DNA from: Bacteroidales bacterium
Lineage (GTDB): Bacteria > Bacteroidota > Bacteroidia > Bacteroidales > JAAYJT01
Length of the DNA stretch: 64,000 bases
NCBI GenBank assembly: GCA_014860575.1
Contig: JACZJK010000016.1
Span: 281,935-345,934 of the forward strand
Direction of reading: 5' to 3'
Shown one piece after another: positions 61,592-64,000 of this stretch (position 1 is its first letter; each line of letters begins with the position of its first letter). A program made the position numbers and the translations under genes. The notes beneath the pieces are model-generated. The model saw nothing but the letters and a program-made list of their open reading frames with translations, was not told the origin of the DNA and made no database searches.

Positions 61592-61664
61592 TTGTCATCC
61601 TGAACGAAGTGAAGGATCTCTTTTTGTCTGTAGGCTAGATTCTTCGCTGCGCTCAGAATGACAA
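61592..61664. repeat. REP-like imperfect palindrome (candidate bidirectional terminator)
   Basis: The arms are ttgtcatcctgaacgaagtgaaggatctc (61592-61620) and agattcttcgctgcgctcagaatgacaa (61637-61664). It lies between convergent genes. Confidence 0.7.
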
Positions 61665-61746
61665 AAACAACAAACTGAAGTTTTGATATAGCCACATAAA
61701 AAGAATCACAGAGAATCGCACTGATTTTTTTTCGAACCGGGTTAGT

Positions 61747-62721
61747 TTAAAGATTTTCAATTTCCGCAATAATCCCCGGCCAGAACTCTGCGGGGATTTT
61801 CGCCCCGATATGCCTTATCACATTTCCTGAAAGTATGGCACCGGCTTGTCCGCATTTCTGAAGTGGCAGTTTGTTTAAATAGCCATGAAGAAATCCGGCT
61901 GCATAAAGATCGCCAGCTCCGGTTGAGTCAATTACGGTAGTGGGAATGATCCCAATCGTGTATAATGATTCGCCTGATTTTATCAACGAACCCTTCGCTC
62001 CTGTTTTCACAATAGCAACCTCGCAGTGCAGTGCCAGGGACGAAACAGCAAGTTCCGGTTCCAGCCCGGTGAAAGCAGAGGCTTCTTCTTCGTTGGCAAA
62101 CACGATATCCACATAGTTTTTTACGATGCCGTGCAGGAACTCCAGATTATCTTCTACAACATTGTAGCTTGCCAGGTCGAGCGAGACTTTCATTCCCGCA
62201 GCCTTTGCCATTTTCACTGCGGTTTTAATCAGATGATGGTTCTGAGCAAGGTAGCCTTCGATATGCAGGAGGTCAAAGCCCTTGAAATGATCTTCGAGCA
62301 GATCGGAAGCGGTGAGTTCAAGCGCTGCTCCTAAAAAAACCGCAAATGTGCGTTCAGAATCCGGAGTAATAAAAGCAACTGCGGTTCCGGTTTCGGTTGA
62401 GGTGTGAAGGAGTTGGGGAGAAATCCCGCTGTTGATCATATCCAGATAAAAAATGTTTCCCAGATCATCAGGGCCTATTTTGCCAATGAAAGCAGTTGAA
62501 ATACCTAATCTGGCAAGCCCGTGAATGGCGTTGGCGGCAGAGCCACCGGAGGTTAATTCCCGCTTAAGGTTTAGTGTTCTGAGAAGTAAGTCATCAACAA
62601 CACTGCGGCCAACATGATGCATGCTGCCTTTGGGTAAGCCTTTTTCTATGAGAAGTTCATCATTTGGGAGCATGATCATGATATCAACCAATGCATTGCC
62701 GAGTCCGAGAATTTTGAGCAT
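61747..62721 (-). CDS. PfkB-family carbohydrate/adenosine kinase
   Basis: ILGLGNALVD, GGSAANA, and the C-terminal DSTGAGDLYAAGFLHG motif. I prefer ATG 62721. Confidence 0.85.
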   Translation of the reverse strand: MLKILGLGNALVDIMIMLPNDELLIEKGLPKGSMHHVGRSVVDDLLLRTLNLKRELTSGGSAANAIHGLARLGISTAFIGKIGPDDLGNIFYLDMINSGISPQLLHTSTETGTAVAFITPDSERTFAVFLGAALELTASDLLEDHFKGFDLLHIEGYLAQNHHLIKTAVKMAKAAGMKVSLDLASYNVVEDNLEFLHGIVKNYVDIVFANEEEASAFTGLEPELAVSSLALHCEVAIVKTGAKGSLIKSGESLYTIGIIPTTVIDSTGAGDLYAAGFLHGYLNKLPLQKCGQAGAILSGNVIRHIGAKIPAEFWPGIIAEIENL

Positions 62722-62846
62722 AATCTGAGTTTTAGGATTTAGGTTGGCAAAGGTCTTAAAATAGTTCAAAGGGTATCACGAAAAGTGAAGACAGTTTTCT
62801 GCAGTGGGATAAATATTTTGCAACGGGTTGTAATTGAGCTTCCATG

Positions 62847-62983
62847 CTTGAGTCTACTCCCTAAAGCCATCAAGCCCCTAAAGGGGACTTTCACAAATTG
62901 CTAATTTTTAGTGTTTCCCCTTTAGGGGTCAGGGGCTAAAACGCTAAAAATCAGCAATTTGTGATTTTTTGGAGTGAACTCAA
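62847..62983 (+). mobile_element. MITE-like element, copy B (~137 bp)
   Basis: The ends are cttgagtctactccctaaag ... ttttttggagtgaactcaa. The internal part is cccctaaaggggactttcacaaattgctaatttttagtgtt, plus its own inverted copy aacgctaaaaatcagcaatttgtga. Confidence 0.55.
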
Positions 62984-62986
62984 TCT

Positions 62987-63889
62987 TTAAGGTATTTCTA
63001 CACCGCTCGATGCAACCAGAATTGAAAACCATTGCTCCTGGCTCAGATTGATTTTTTCTGCTTCAACCGCTTTTCTGATCCTTTCAATATTTCCGCTTCC
63101 GAGTACAGGTAAAATACCGGATGGATGTTTGAAGAGCCAGGCAAGCGCAACCTGGTCAATACTATAACCTCCAAAGGAATTTCCTATTTCGGTGAGAACC
63201 TTATGCAGGCGTTCAGCTTGCGGATCATAGCTGCTGAATAACCTTCCACCGGCAAGTGGCGACCAGGCCATCGGTACAACGCGCTGTTGCTGGCATTGGT
63301 CGAGAATGCCATTATAAAAGGAATCGAGGCACATTACTGAAATCTCTACCTGGTTGGTGACCAAGGGAAAATCAAGGCGGGATTGGAGTAAATCAAACTG
63401 TGAGGGCAAAAAATTGGAAACGCCGAAAAACAGCACTTTCCCCTCATCGCGCAGTTGAACGAAAGCTTCGGCTGTTTCGTCGGCATTCATCATTGGATCG
63501 GGACGATGGATCAAAAGCACGTCCAGAAAATCGGTTTGCAGTGCTTGTAAGGAGTTTTCAACAGATTGAATGATATGTGCACGGCTCGTATCGTATGTTT
63601 TGATAGAATGCGCGGGACGCTTGTCAGAAACCAGTTTAATTCCGCATTTACTCACCAATTGCATGTTGCTACGCAATGCAGACTGACCTTTCATGGCCTG
63701 GCCGAATAGCCCCTCGCATGAGTAATTGCCATAAATATCTGCATGATCAAAAGTTGAAATACCAGTTTCCATGCATTGCTTGATAAAATCAAGCAGTTGA
63801 ACTGATGAGAAATCCCATGAGTTAAGGCGCCATAATCCGATGGCGGTTTTTGAAAAGCCTGGAAAATTCTCCAAGGAGGTGTTGTTCAT
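62987..63889 (-). CDS. aldo/keto reductase (YdhF-like)
   Basis: FDHADIYG, LVSKCG, LLIHRPD and GVSNF motifs. Confidence 0.9.
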   Translation of the reverse strand: MNNTSLENFPGFSKTAIGLWRLNSWDFSSVQLLDFIKQCMETGISTFDHADIYGNYSCEGLFGQAMKGQSALRSNMQLVSKCGIKLVSDKRPAHSIKTYDTSRAHIIQSVENSLQALQTDFLDVLLIHRPDPMMNADETAEAFVQLRDEGKVLFFGVSNFLPSQFDLLQSRLDFPLVTNQVEISVMCLDSFYNGILDQCQQQRVVPMAWSPLAGGRLFSSYDPQAERLHKVLTEIGNSFGGYSIDQVALAWLFKHPSGILPVLGSGNIERIRKAVEAEKINLSQEQWFSILVASSGVEIP

Positions 63890-63910
63890 ATTTCTAAAAT
63901 TTGAATTTGG

Positions 63911-63918
63911 ACAAAAGT
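63911..63918 (-). promoter_or_regulatory. Bacteroidota -7 box TACTTTTG
   Basis: Exact match on the minus strand, 21 nt upstream of the aldo/keto reductase ATG 63889. Confidence 0.5.
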
Positions 63919-64000
63919 ACTTTTATATCAGCAATGCTTGCACCTATCTTGCTGTTATACTTATTTCCGGTACTGTTCCAGAAGTTTTATAATCGCTTGT

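Noticed and set aside
63961-64000. A possible 3' end of a minus-strand gene at the window edge (..QAIIKLLEQYRK*).
   Set aside because: Only 12 codons are visible, which is too little to support a call.

Overview
This is a 64-kb chromosomal window from a Bacteroidota-type genome. The evidence is four proteins with T9SS C-terminal sorting domains, gldH, rpoN, a MurF-Alr fusion, TAnnTTTG -7 promoter boxes and no Shine-Dalgarno sequences. I call about 45 protein genes. I could not recognise any rRNA, tRNA, CRISPR array, transposase or integrase. Housekeeping blocks (asnS, rpoN, holB, PSP1/RicT-like, gldH, PBP1A; murF-alr, pdxA; recJ, hemW, metG, rluB-like) alternate with three accessory blocks. 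(1) 11.0-24.9 kb is a glycosylation island with three Dpm1/GtrB-type GT2 genes, four GT-C-like polytopic membrane proteins, a methyltransferase, an FrhB-like protein, a flippase-like protein and an SDR epimerase. One GT2 plus membrane-protein pair in it also occurs as a single fused paralogue. (2) 34.1-39.2 kb holds a translationally coupled membrane protein and secreted S1 protease, a small BPSL0067-like protein, and a neighbouring TPR adenylate cyclase. (3) 40.0-46.5 kb holds three head-to-tail paralogues of a ~725-aa Asp-box beta-propeller T9SS cargo protein, separated by 5-nt spacers. The non-coding DNA is the least explained part. Three intergenic loci (29.4, 50.5 and 57.9 kb) share one architecture and one absolute orientation: a (GTTCAAR)n heptamer array followed by G-depleted 8/16-nt tandem arrays. 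There are also two copies of a ~140-150 bp MITE-like element with terminal inverted repeats, several palindromic repeat families, and a 120-nt in-frame tandem array encoding a repetitive N-terminal tail on the pseudouridine synthase. All calls come from reading the sequence and the ORF translations. No database search was run.
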